This document shows, piece after piece, positions 39,793 through 51,701 of a stretch of DNA of 64,000 nt. The stretch's first letter is position 1; each line of letters opens with the position of its first letter. Source of the DNA: Eledone cirrhosa (lineage: Eukaryota). Below the pieces are notes generated by a model that was not told the DNA's origin, searched no databases, and was given only the letters and a program-made list of their open reading frames with translations. The stretch covers positions 30,504,001 to 30,568,000 of the forward strand of contig OZ024757.1 in NCBI GenBank assembly GCA_964016885.1, given 5' to 3'. The position numbers were made by a program, and so were the translations under genes.

Positions 39793-42700
39793 AAACTGGA
39801 TGTAGACACTTAGCTTGAATTGAATAAACTCTGAACTTTAATAGTCTGTTAGTCTGCTTTGTTTCATAGTATAATTTTGTGTGTGAAAGTCATAAATCAG
39901 ATATATATGGTTTAAAGTCTGTCGTAAACCAGCAGGCTCGTTGGGCCGTTGCTTATCCCAGTTTCATGGCATGAGGCAAATGAGAGTACAAGACTTCCCC
40001 CTGGACAGGACGCCAGTCCACCACAGAGTTAAACTCCCAGCTATTGCTGGTACTCATTTTCAGCTGAGTATACTGGAGCAACATGAAATGAAGTGTTTTG
40101 CTCAAGAACATAACATACAACCCAGCCCAGGAATCAAACCCACGACATTATGAGCATACGCCCAACACCCTTACCACTAGGCCACGCACCTCCACTTAGT
40201 ATACTGGAGCCATGTGAAATGAAGAGTTTTGCTCAAGAATGCAAAACACGACCCAACCCAGGAATCAAACCCACGACATTATGAGCGTAAGTCCAACACC
40301 CTTACCACTAGGCCACGCACCTATTTATGGAAATAGGGAAATGTGTGAAATTGCTGTTTCATCTTTTTTTCTTTTGATAGAATTACTTACAACATTCAGT
40401 GACCAATGAGCCATTTTCTCAGAAAATAAAACTGGTGGACAGACGTGAAAAAAGTTTCGATAAACGTTCATCAAATGTGAAACAGCTGAACCCATATGAA
40501 ACAGTGAGTTTATCAACTAGAAATTATCATTACTCATTATTTAGGGCAGTAGATTTGCAATATCGGCAGAGTGTCAGACAACATACATGTATATTTACAG
40601 CATATAGTTACAACCCTTTACATTCTGAGTTCAAATCCTACTGAGGTTAGCTTTGCTTTTCATCCTTATATGGTCGGCAAAATAAAGTACCAGACATGCA
40701 TTGGGTCGATTTAATCGACTTTCCGTTCTCCCAAAAATTGCTGGCCTTGTGCCTAAATCAGAAACCATTATTAAGGCTGGTGGATTGATAGCATCGGTAG
40801 TAGTGAGTAGTTGACAATTCATTTTAAATATAGTGTCTGGAACTCATCATCATCACTGTTTAACATCTCATTTTCCATTCCTGCATGGGTTAGACATCAG
40901 GCAAGTTTGGCCAGTTGGCTGTGCCATATCTTGCTCAAACGGAACTGTATTTTGACTAGTTTTTTATAAAGACTTCTGGCATATATATTGTATATTTTTA
41001 ACTTACATATAAAGTAATGTTTAGTTGATGAAAAAGATGAACTCTCTAATGTTTCTGGATTTTTAGAGTTTGGTTAATGTGTGGAGGGAGTCCATTCTTA
41101 AACAACAGAAAAAGAAGAAGCAAGAAATAAGACGAGAGAAGTTATTTCAGACACAAGTTGAAGAGGAAGTGAAAAGTAAACAACGGGTTGAGGTAGATAC
41201 TATTGCAACACAAGTCTACGAGTGAATCTCTATGTGGTCATGTGCTAGAAATAACAGTCAAGTCTCCCTCAAATTCTATCCTTCTGTATATATAAGAATA
41301 CAGTAACACTAGAACCCCTTTAAGGCCATTAACCTTGCTAAAGTCATGTGGGCTCATAACAAGCTTCATATTTATTATGGGGTCCTTTTTTAGGGAATGT
41401 ATACATACATACATACACAATATATACATACATACATGGTGCAATAACCCAATGAACCTTAAGTATCTGTATATGCCACTGTTGTAACTGATTATATATA
41501 ACTCGTCCTACAGACTGTGCGCTCTAAACCCTTGCATAATTATAGTGTAGGCAACCCATCTAGGAGAGCTACCACTCCGAATAAATTGGTGCGGGGTAGA
41601 GAAGTCCCCTAAGTCCAGTAAGACAACTTCCCTAGTGCTGGTGGCACGAATAAAAGCACTCAGTCCATGCTGTAAAATAGAGGAGTAAAGAGGATCCTGA
41701 GTCCTGTAAGACAACCTCTCTAGTGCTGGTGGCACAAATAAAAGCACCCAGTCCATGCTGTAAAATGGAGGAGTGTTAGGGTCCCTGAGTCCAGTAAGAC
41801 GATCTCTCTAGTGCTGGTGGCACAAATAAAAGCACCCAGTCCATGCTGTAAAATGGAGGGGTGTTAGGGTCCCTGAGTCCAGTAAGACGATCTCTCTAGT
41901 GCTGGTGGCACAAATAAAAGCACCCAGTCCATGCTGTAAAATGGAGGGGTGTTAGGGTCCCTGAGTCCAGTAAGACGATCTCTCTAGTGCTGGTGGCACG
42001 AATAAAAGCACCCAGTCCATGCTGTAAAGTGGTGCTGGTGTTAGGAAGGGCATCCAACCAGTATATATACTACTGCCAAACACCATGAATAGAGTGACCA
42101 GAGGCATGTTGCCACAGTAATACTACAACAATACATACAAACAGGTTGAAAGACATATATATACACACACACACACATACATATATATATTTATATATAT
42201 ATTCTCAGACCGGGTGATGTGTTGTTTCCTTGAGCAAGACACTTTATTTCACATTGCTCCAGTTTACTCTGCTGTAGAAATGAGATGATAGAGACTGGGG
42301 TCCATATCATTCCACTGCAAAGTGGACATGTAGGCGCCACGGCAAAAAAGCACCCAGCACTCACTGTAAATGAGGTTGGTGTTAGGAAGGGCATCCAGCT
42401 GTAGAAATCAACCGTCCTACCTTTGCAAGCAGGAAAAAGCGGACGTAAAATGATGATGATGATGATATATATGGAAGTGGCATCATCATTTAATGTCATT
42501 TCTTCCAGGCTGGCCTTGTTATGTGTGGGCATGTGTGAAAGAAAGAAAGTGTGAGCATGTGTGATGACTGTGTGAAAGAATGTGACGAGTGTCAGTGTGT
42601 ATGTGGAAAAGTATGTGAGGAAAATGATATGATAGAGTAAAATTCTGTTATAACGAATACCATTATATAATGAATTATTCAGTATAACAACATTGTTTTC

Positions 42701-44820
42701 AATCCCCAAGTTGATAACAAACAAACGCTCGATTTATTTTCGGTCGATCTCATTATAAAGAATTTTTCATTACAATGAATCTTTTTCTATACCCCATGAA
42801 TTTCATTATAACTGAATTTCACTGTATTTTAGAGTTTTGGAAATGTGTGGAGGGATTCCATCTTTAAACAACAGAAGAAGAAGAAACAGGAGATTAGACG
42901 GGAAAAGTTACTTCACAAACAAAATGAAGAGGAAGTGAAAAATAAACAACGACTTGAGGTAGATACTATAGCAACTTCTTAGAATATAACTTGAGAGATA
43001 ATAGGAGTAAAGGAACATTGAGGACATCTAATGTATCTATCTATATATTTGTCTATCATTTTAACTATCTAGCTATCTATTTGTCTATTTATATACCTAT
43101 TTTTCTGCCTGTTTGTCTATCTTTCTATCTATAGCTCTGTCTTTCTATATGTATATTTATCTATCTATCTATCTAATTATGGATCACTTTATCGATCTGT
43201 CTGTCTAATTATATATAATAATAATAATAATAATGAAATTATTGTGTACAGTGCTCAGGTGCACTACAACTCATCAAAGGTGCATGTATAGTACATAGAA
43301 TAATGTACAAATGTCAGGAAAATAAACAGTGTATGAGTCATGATATAATAACAATAACGAAATATTGTGCACAGTGCCCAGGTGCACCACAACTCATCAA
43401 AAAAGTGCATGTACAGTACATAGGGCAATGCACAAACATCAGTAAAATGAACAGTGCACGAGTCATGATACACACATGTGTGCATGTGTATGGAAGGGGT
43501 ATGGAATATCTATTTATCTATCTGACTATATACCTCTCTGCCTGTAAAGAGCTGTAACTCTATGCTGCAAAGCATGGCGTCAGACCCTCTACCGATACTG
43601 CCAATCCCATATATATAATGAGTATAATTGAAGTTGCAGCTGCACAATAGTAGATGAACAATCAAATTATCGGAAGCTGTCACAAAGCACTCAATGTCTA
43701 TATACCTCTCTGCCTGTTTGTCTGTCTATTTGTCTTTCTCTCTATATCAGCCTGTAGATTGAGGAAAAGGAGGAGGAGAGGAAAGGAGTACAAGCTCTTC
43801 GTACTCCTGGAGATGAGGGTTGCACATTTTTTTCGGGGGTATGTGTTACCCATATAAACTGTCTCCCTCTATTGGGGAAAATCGACTAACTTTTAAATTC
43901 CATCTGTGATAACATTTTACACGTTTTTATTGTATGTAAACTTCCCCCTTTGTATTTGTCCCCTTCTTTTGTGCCCCTGTGGCTAATAAAGAAATATATC
44001 TATATGGAAGAAGAATCAGGATGGAGAGAGAGGTGCTGTACCCCAGCAAGTTTTATGAAAGGTGGGTGAAAGTGGCGAGAATGGCCCGAGTGAATGGGCC
44101 TTCTCTCTATATCAGCCTGTAGGTTGAGGAAAAGGAGGAGGAGAGGAAAGGAGTACAAGCTCTTCGTACTCCTGGAGATGAGGGTTGCACATTTTTTTTC
44201 GGGGGTATGTGTTACCCATATAAACTGTCTCCCTCTATTGGGGAAAATCGACTAACTTTTAAATTCCATCTGTGATAACATTTTACACGTTTTTATTGTA
44301 TGTAAACTTCCCCCTTTGTATTTGTCCCCTTCTTTTGTGCCCCTGTGGCTAATAAAGAAATATATCTATATGTGTGTATGTATTTACATATCCATCTGTA
44401 TGTGTGTACTTACATATCCCTCTCTATGTATCTATCTGTGTGTGTATGTGTGTATTTACGTATCTCTCTATGCATGTTTGTCTCTCCATTTATCTCTTTC
44501 TCTACCTATCTGTCTGTTCACATATTCAATTCTAGCTATTCCCTTTATCATTCTCTACATTAAAGATGTTAACACTAACTAAATTAACAATATTTTGTTA
44601 AAATTAACTCAACAATACTATGTTAACACTAACACTAACTAAAGATATTCTGTATTGTTTTGTTTTCCAGATTTATGCTCTCAACAGTGTTATGAAGCAA
44701 TTAGAACGCGCTCATTTTAAACAATTCTGTGACTCCGTTGGGATCAAACATAGAGATAACATTGAAATAAATGCAAACACATTTGACGAATCGATTTTTT
44801 CACAAAATCTTATTATATAA
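37813..44820 (+). CDS. SVBP: Small vasohibin-binding protein (SVBP/CCDC23)-like gene with N-terminal extension and duplicated exon; 5' end uncertain
   Basis: Exons 37813-37887, 39095-39141, 40381-40503, 41067-41192, 42833-42958, 44671-44820 are GT-AG and join into one open frame. The C-terminal EEEVKNKQRLE|IYALNSVMKQLERAHFKQFC matches the SVBP signature (human [31 protein letters not shown]). The first three exons are supported only by splice sites and frame. Confidence 0.78.
40381..40503 (+). CDS. SVBP: SVBP-like exon (phase 0-0)
   Basis: tttgatag|NYLQHSVTNEPFSQKIKLVDRREKSFDKRSSNVKQLNPYET|gtgagt. Confidence 0.65.
41067..41192 (+). CDS. SVBP: SVBP-like duplicated exon, copy A
   Basis: ttttag|SLVNVWRESILKQQKKKKQEIRREKLFQTQVEEEVKSKQRVE|gtagat. 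Confidence 0.75.
41610..42030. repeat. 88-bp tandem repeat (about 5 units) of SINE-related sequence
   Basis: ccagtaagac at 41791, 41879, 41967 (period 88). Confidence 0.88.
42833..42958 (+). CDS. SVBP: SVBP-like duplicated exon, copy B
   Basis: ttttag|SFGNVWRDSIFKQQKKKKQEIRREKLLHKQNEEEVKNKQRLE|gtagat. Confidence 0.8.
43737..44370 (+). mobile_element. Two tandem 3' ends of an L1/Tx1-like LINE (about 270-bp near-identical direct repeat)
   Basis: 43737-44005 is repeated at 44102-44370. The spacer reads RRIRMEREVLYPSKFYERWVKVARMARVNGPSLYISL then stop. Each copy ends in aataaagaaata. Confidence 0.6.
44671..44820 (+). CDS. SVBP: SVBP-like last exon
   Basis: ttccag|IYALNSVMKQLERAHFKQFCDSV..., TAA stop. 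Confidence 0.88.
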   Translation: MYALNSVMKQLERAHFKQFCDSVGIKHRDNIEINANTFDESIFSQNLII

Positions 44821-45528
44821 TGTTTTTTCAGAGAATACAATACTTTTTAAATAGTACCATTTGTATTATTTATTCCTTGTAGTTGTTGTTGACTAGAGTT
44901 AGGTTCTCCCTGATTGGTCAAACCTATAACCAATGGCAGTTCAGTTATGACCATCACATATTTTCATATATCCATGACTATTTTATTCAAGATGGCCATT
45001 TTAATTTTTTTTCGTTAAGACAGTTTGGTTGGTTTACTTCCTTTCCAACACTGATTTCTGCTCTGTCTTTTAAGTGTTAAAGTATTTCAAGTAGAAAAAA
45101 AAAGGTTAAAATATTTTTTTCAGTAAATAGTTTCAAATAAATTAAAGCTGTTCAATTTTCTCTTACTCCAGTATTTTTCTTTAATACATGTGGATTAAAG
45201 CTGACATTTATACAAATAATTTAAGAAACATATTACACATATTTAGCACAAATCTGTAGCAGCACAGTGCAAGAGACACAAGACAATTATAAAGGTTTGG
45301 GAAAACACACATGCATATATATATATATACCATATATAGTCCTGGTGTCAATATATTGACTAGAGACGCTTGAAGTCTTTGGCGAAGAAGTTCGGTGACA
45401 GTACATTGTCATTATATTCAAAATATTATTCCTCTGACAACATAATCTGGTTTTTGTTGAAATACGGGAGTTCTTCCACAGTTAGCTAATTGTGGTGGAG
45501 GGACAAACATGAAAGGGTGTCATGCCAT

Positions 45529-45792
45529 TTAGTAAGAATGGTGATCAATGAACGGCACCAACATTCCGGGTGTTAAACAACGAATGAGTGAATTTGTGAG
45601 TTCAGGATCACTGACAGAATACCATTGGTAGTTCTTGTTGGCAAACTTGTGCAGCTGGCCATCATCAGAGGGATTCAAAGAAAACACACAAGTTAAGCAA
45701 ATACCATCATTGACAGATATAGGGAGTCCACAATGTTCCACAGTTAAGGTTCCACAAATTTTAGGTTTCATGCTATGTTGACCAAAAGCATC
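45529..45792 (-). CDS. NUDT18: NUDT18 last exon
   Basis: DAFGQHSMKPKICGTLTVEHCG...DGICLT...HHSY, stop. Confidence 0.88.
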   Translation of the reverse strand, partial: DAFGQHSMKPKICGTLTVEHCGLPISVNDGICLTCVFSLNPSDDGQLHKFANKNYQWYSVSDPELTNSLIRCLTPGMLVPFIDHHSY

Positions 45793-47847
45793 CTAGAAAT
45801 TGATAAAAGCATTAAATTTAGTATAATAAAATGTTGTAGTCTGCTTGAAGCGTTGTATATGATATATAACTGTTTCTACTTTTGGCACAAGGCCAGCAAT
45901 TACCCCAGTGCATTACTGGTGCTTTATTTTATCGACCCCATAAGGATGGAAGGTAAAGTTAATCTCGGCGGGATTTGGACTCGGATCATAAAGGACTGTA
46001 ACTCTTTGCTGCAAAGCATGGTGTCCGACCCTCTACCGATACTGCCAATCCGGAAAGAGATATAACGCTTAACAATGCAAAATGGACTGTAAGATGAAGG
46101 TAACGAAAAAGTAAGTTACCTGGTAATCTTTGTTTTGTTTTTTGTTGTTGTTTCTTTCTTTTTTTAGTACAATTATAGAAACATTCTTTCAAGGTCTATA
46201 AAACAAATTACCAGTGTAGGGTGTTGGATTGGTGGAATTGTTAAAGCATCGGGTCTAAATGCCTTGTAGTATTTGCTGCAGCTCTTTGAATTCGACTAAG
46301 GTCTACTTAATTCGTCACCCAGTTTAACACCACCACCTGACTCATGGGTACCTTTAGCAGAATCCACTCTTTTGCAAGCATTTGGTCCAGGTCTGCAGTT
46401 TGAGGATTCCTTTATCCCTCTTTCTCACCAGCCAGGGTCATGGACTTTGCCTTTCCCTCCATGCTACTGCACACTGTGTATATTCAGTTTGGTATACGTA
46501 CACCATAACCCTTGTGTGTCATAAGAAGCGACTAAGAGATTTAGTTGATAATTAGGTTCCACTAACATAGTGTTTTTATCATAGGGTTGTATATGAAAGC
46601 ATATATGATATGTTTATGTATAATAAATATACAAGAGTCTTGCTATGAATGTTTTTAAAAGCTGTGATTATGTCGCAGCTATCTCAGTAGTAGTGAGAAT
46701 GCCAGATAGCTCAGGAAGGGCATCCAGTTGTAGTTGTAAAATATAGCCTGAAAAAGTTTTATCCCTATCCTATCCATGCTGCCATAGAAAAGTTGATGTA
46801 AAAAAAAAAAATCACTCTGTAAAGTGTTTGACATTAGGAAAGGCAACCAACTCTAGAATCTATATGGATTATGAAAAGTATGAGCAAAACATGGTTCCCA
46901 ATTTATCTAGTCTTAAATCGTGACAACCCTCCCAACCCATGCCAACAAGGGAAGCAGATGTAAAAATGATGATTTCAATGGTAAGAAACTCTCAGGAGAG
47001 CTGGACAGCGGGAAGGTCTTCAGAGAAGAACCTGCACTCCTCCTCAAGCGATTGTTTTGGCATTTAACTTCTGATGATGATAACAGCAAGACAAATAAAT
47101 GAGACAAATACTTACTCTTAGTATAAAAAATACAGGCATCAAGATTGACCAATCATCAGGAGAAATATCACTGACAGGCAGATGTGGCTGTGTATTAGAC
47201 TTCACTAACAACTTCATATCACTAAAAAAAACAAAACAACAATGAAATTAAAACAAAGAAACTATAATATTATAATAATTGTTTCTACTTTTGGCACAAG
47301 GCCAGCAATTACCCAGTGCATTACTGGTACTTTATTTTATCGACCCTGTAAGGATGAAAAGCAAAGTTAACCTCGGCGGGATTTGAACTAAAAACGGCAA
47401 GGGCCGTAACTCTACGCGTCAAAGCATGCCGTCCGACCCTCTACCGATACTGCCAATCCAATAATGGTTTCAGATTTAGGCACAAGGCCAACAATTTTGG
47501 GGGAGGGGAAAGTCAATTAAATCAACCCCAGTACATTACTGGTACTTTATTTTATCGACCCCCATAAGGACGAAAGTCAAAGTTAACCTCGGCAGGATTT
47601 GAACTCAGAATAATAATGAAAATATAACTCCTCAACAAACCTAGCTGTCTTCACAGTAATGACCATTCTTAGAAGTAAACGTTTGTGAGGCACCTGAACA
47701 GGTAAGCAATCACCGCGACTAGTTTCTGTGTTACGTTTCTGGTACTGCAACCCTAATTCCAACAGAGGAATAATATCTTTTGACCTGATAAAAAAACAAA
47801 AAAAACAAACAAACAGAGAATAACATCATCATCAATGCTATTCTAGT

Positions 47848-47891
<44 letters not shown>

Positions 47892-48843
47892 CATATATAT
47901 GTTGTTATACTTTGGGAGAGTCATGTTGCCAATAAAAACACATGCACCTATTGATTTTCACTTAAATTTATTATAAATTTCTGGTTGTTTGTTTATATAT
48001 TGTCAAAGCTCTTTCGTCACACATTCTGTGACCTCCTCAGTGACTAGGTTTTTATTTTGTGTCTCTCCTTTGTTCTGCCCTACACCATCAAGATGGTGTA
48101 GGACAGAACAAAAGAGAGACACACAAAATAAAAATAAATATATAAACAACCTTTCAGTTATCAAACCAACCAGCCAACCAGAAATTTATAATAAATTGAA
48201 GTGAAAACAACAGGTGCATGTGTTTTTATTGGCAACATGACCCTCCCAAACCATAACAATATCTGTTTCAACACACGTTTTCAGATAAGAAATTTCGCAA
48301 AACAAATTCAAAAACGAAATATATATATATATATGTAAGTATGGGTTATATCAAATAATTGTTTCTACTTTAGGCACAAGGCCAGCAATTACCCAGTGCA
48401 TTACTGGTACTTTATTTTATCGACCCCGTAAGGATGAAAGGCAAAGTCAACCTCGTTATATCAAATAATAATATTCGATTTGTTTGCAAGCAAATGGCCT
48501 TACTTAAGCTATGCTGTGTTTTGACAGCTATCACCATCCATTTGCGCAACAGTAGCATCAAGGAACAATCAACATGTTTCTGGGTCAGTACCTTTCATCA
48601 GGACTGTACACCTCTCTGCCACTTGATTGAACTGTTGAAAATATATGGTATTTTCTAAAGTATACACCAACTGATTAACCTCATTTACATACCGAGCGAT
48701 TTTACAGCTGGCCTTGCTGAAAATTAAAAACAAAATTAGAATTTGCTTGCAAATGAATCGAATACTGTTATTATTATTCAATATAACCCATATTTACATT
48801 TATGTAATTAACTATGCTAGAGCGAGAAATCAAATTCTAATTT

Positions 48844-48939
<96 letters not shown>

Positions 48940-49082
48940 TACCACAGCAGAGGTCCGGCGACCAGTTGATTCCAGAGTCTGGCTAGATCGATACAGATCG
49001 AACCTTGAGCTGATCAATAGCGAAACGCATCTCACTACTCAATAAACGTAATGAAGACATAACAAATCATACTTTTATTATT

Positions 49083-49117
<35 letters not shown>

Positions 49118-51666
49118 TAATAGATATAAATTGATGTTGGAGCTGCAGTAGAGCAGATACCATTCAAATTGTTTGAGGCAGTCACAAAGCACTCAATGGT
49201 GCAAGAAGATAATACATTTTTGCCCAGAATAAACACAAAGTTAAGAAAGTGTGACACCAGGAATAAAAGAACCCAGTGTATGTGGCCTTAGTTTATAACC
49301 ACAACAGCGATAAATACAAACAGGTAATGGACTAATATATATCATCATCATCACCGTTTTACGTCCATTCTTCCACGCTAGCATGGGTTAGACGGGTTGT
49401 CCTGTTGTGGGCAGAGTCCAGTCGGTTGACCTTGTCTTGCTCATATGGGAACTGATTCTGGCTTGATTTCTACAGCTGGATGCCCTTCCTAACACTAACC
49501 TCATTTACAGTGAGTGCTGGGTGCTATTTTTTTGCCGTGGTACCTACACGACCACTTTGCAGTGGAATGATATGGACCCCAGTCCCCATCATCTCATTTC
49601 TACAGCTGAGTAAACTGGAGCAATGTGAAATAAAGTGTCTTGCTCAAGGAAACAACACATCACCCGGTCTGAGAATTGAACTCACAACCTTTCGATTGCA
49701 AGGCCAATGCTCTAACCACTAAGCCATGTGCCTCTATATATATATATATATATATACATACACTTACTCGCTTATATATATATCAGATTGGATGCGGTAA
49801 AAACCAGTTAGACCATTACTCACCAGAGTACTCGATACTTGGGGTAGTAGAGAGGATAATATGAAAAAATTCAGGATCCCCGACAGCTGAGCTCCAGCCA
49901 TTTCAACAGCTAGATCATGAGTTCGGATCTAGCTATTGAAACAGCCAGAGCTCAGCCATCGGGGTCCTGAATTTTTTCATATATATATACACATACTCAC
50001 CTATATAGAAACAGGGTGGACCAAAGGTCGCAATACATAGGAAAAATAATTATATTTTTAAGTTTCCACATGGATCTAGCTGTCGGAACGGCCGGAGCTC
50101 AGCCGTCGGGGTCCCGACTCTTTTCCTATTACCCACTCTACTACCCTAAGTATCGAGTACTCTGGTGCATTATGGTCCACCTGTTTTCTTACCACACTTT
50201 CTTTGTTGTTATATATGTATATATGATATACAAGACAAATTGTATATAATCACCGTAATTTGATTTTGCCATTTTTTATGTTGCCAAACGAGATCCATTT
50301 TGCCTGCAGCGATTCACTGTCACCCCGTGAAACATCTTTTAAAGTACCACCTAAAAAATATACATAAATATATATATATAGGATATAACTAACAGCGTTT
50401 GTTAACATATTTAATGTAAATAATTTGTTCTACGTGTCGATAAGCTTGCATGTTAGGATTTAATTTTTTTTTTTTAGTAAATTTTCCAATACACTGAAAA
50501 ATATTGATCTTACCGACAGTGTTTCCTATAAATGTAAATCTGTACCAGTGACCAGAACCAAATTCAACACATATAAGGGAAACAGGATCAAACAACAATC
50601 CCGTCTCTTCCAGAACCTCCCGTTTTACAGCATCCTGGAAAAATAATGGCAAATAAATCATTTTATGTTTAAAATTATTTTAATGAATTGATGATATTAC
50701 ATATGTATAATGTAATGACGTTGTGGAAATAGATGTTAAATATATATATATAAAATTATGCAAGCAAGCCTAATATTTAATACATGTATATATATACATA
50801 TAAAGCAGTAATTTGATACTCTTTCCAATAGAGCTCCTTCTGCATTATCTTACAGTCAAATCGGCCACCATAGAAGCTGACATCTGTGGCTTCATAGATA
50901 AGTTCACATTGTGAATGGCTTTCCAGCACCAATATGTCTGAGATTTTAACATATCAGAGAGTCATCTGCTTCTTCTCAAGTCTCGGAGACAAAGGAAGCG
51001 ATATTCATTCATAAATAGCCAGCTCTCGGCAAGCCAGAGTCACACAGTTGAATTCTAAGTGTGAACATGTAGTCAATTGCTTTAGACAGACCCTCAAGGT
51101 CTCTCTTAGTCTCTCTCTCTCTTTGTCTCTCTCGACCAAGCCAGCAAAGTTCATCATATCAGCAGAAATTTTGGTAAATAAATCTTTAATCATACCTTTG
51201 AAAACAAACACGCATTGTCTAACCAATGCTAGCGGGAGTAAATGGACATAAAACAGTGGTGATGATGATGATGATACACATCTTGAGAAATAACATCAAA
51301 ATTCATCTATGGCTGTTTGTTCTTTGTATATTGTCTTAACTTTGGCAAAAGTTATACTTAATAAATTAGTAACATAGTGGCTGAGTATTATCGTGGTTTT
51401 TATATAATTCATTTCCTACGTGATCCAGTAAATTACTTCCCCAAGGAAACATCATATCATCATCGTCATAATGAACAGTTACTCGCTTACTTGCACGCAG
51501 CAATCTCTGGTCACACTGTATCAGTCACATCAAATTTCTCTCGCCTGCACTCACACAACAACGACTACATCACTGAGCAATCCACAAGTGGGTTCACACC
51601 CAACAACAGAATCAACACCACAACACAACCATCCATACCACCATTTGACCCGCTATATACATATAT

Positions 51667-51701
<35 letters not shown>

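Noticed and set aside
48606-48717. Phase-compatible candidate NUDT18 exon (KASCKIARY...)
   Set aside because: It lies inside a repeat also found at approx. 29.0-29.3 kb, and the protein is complete without it.
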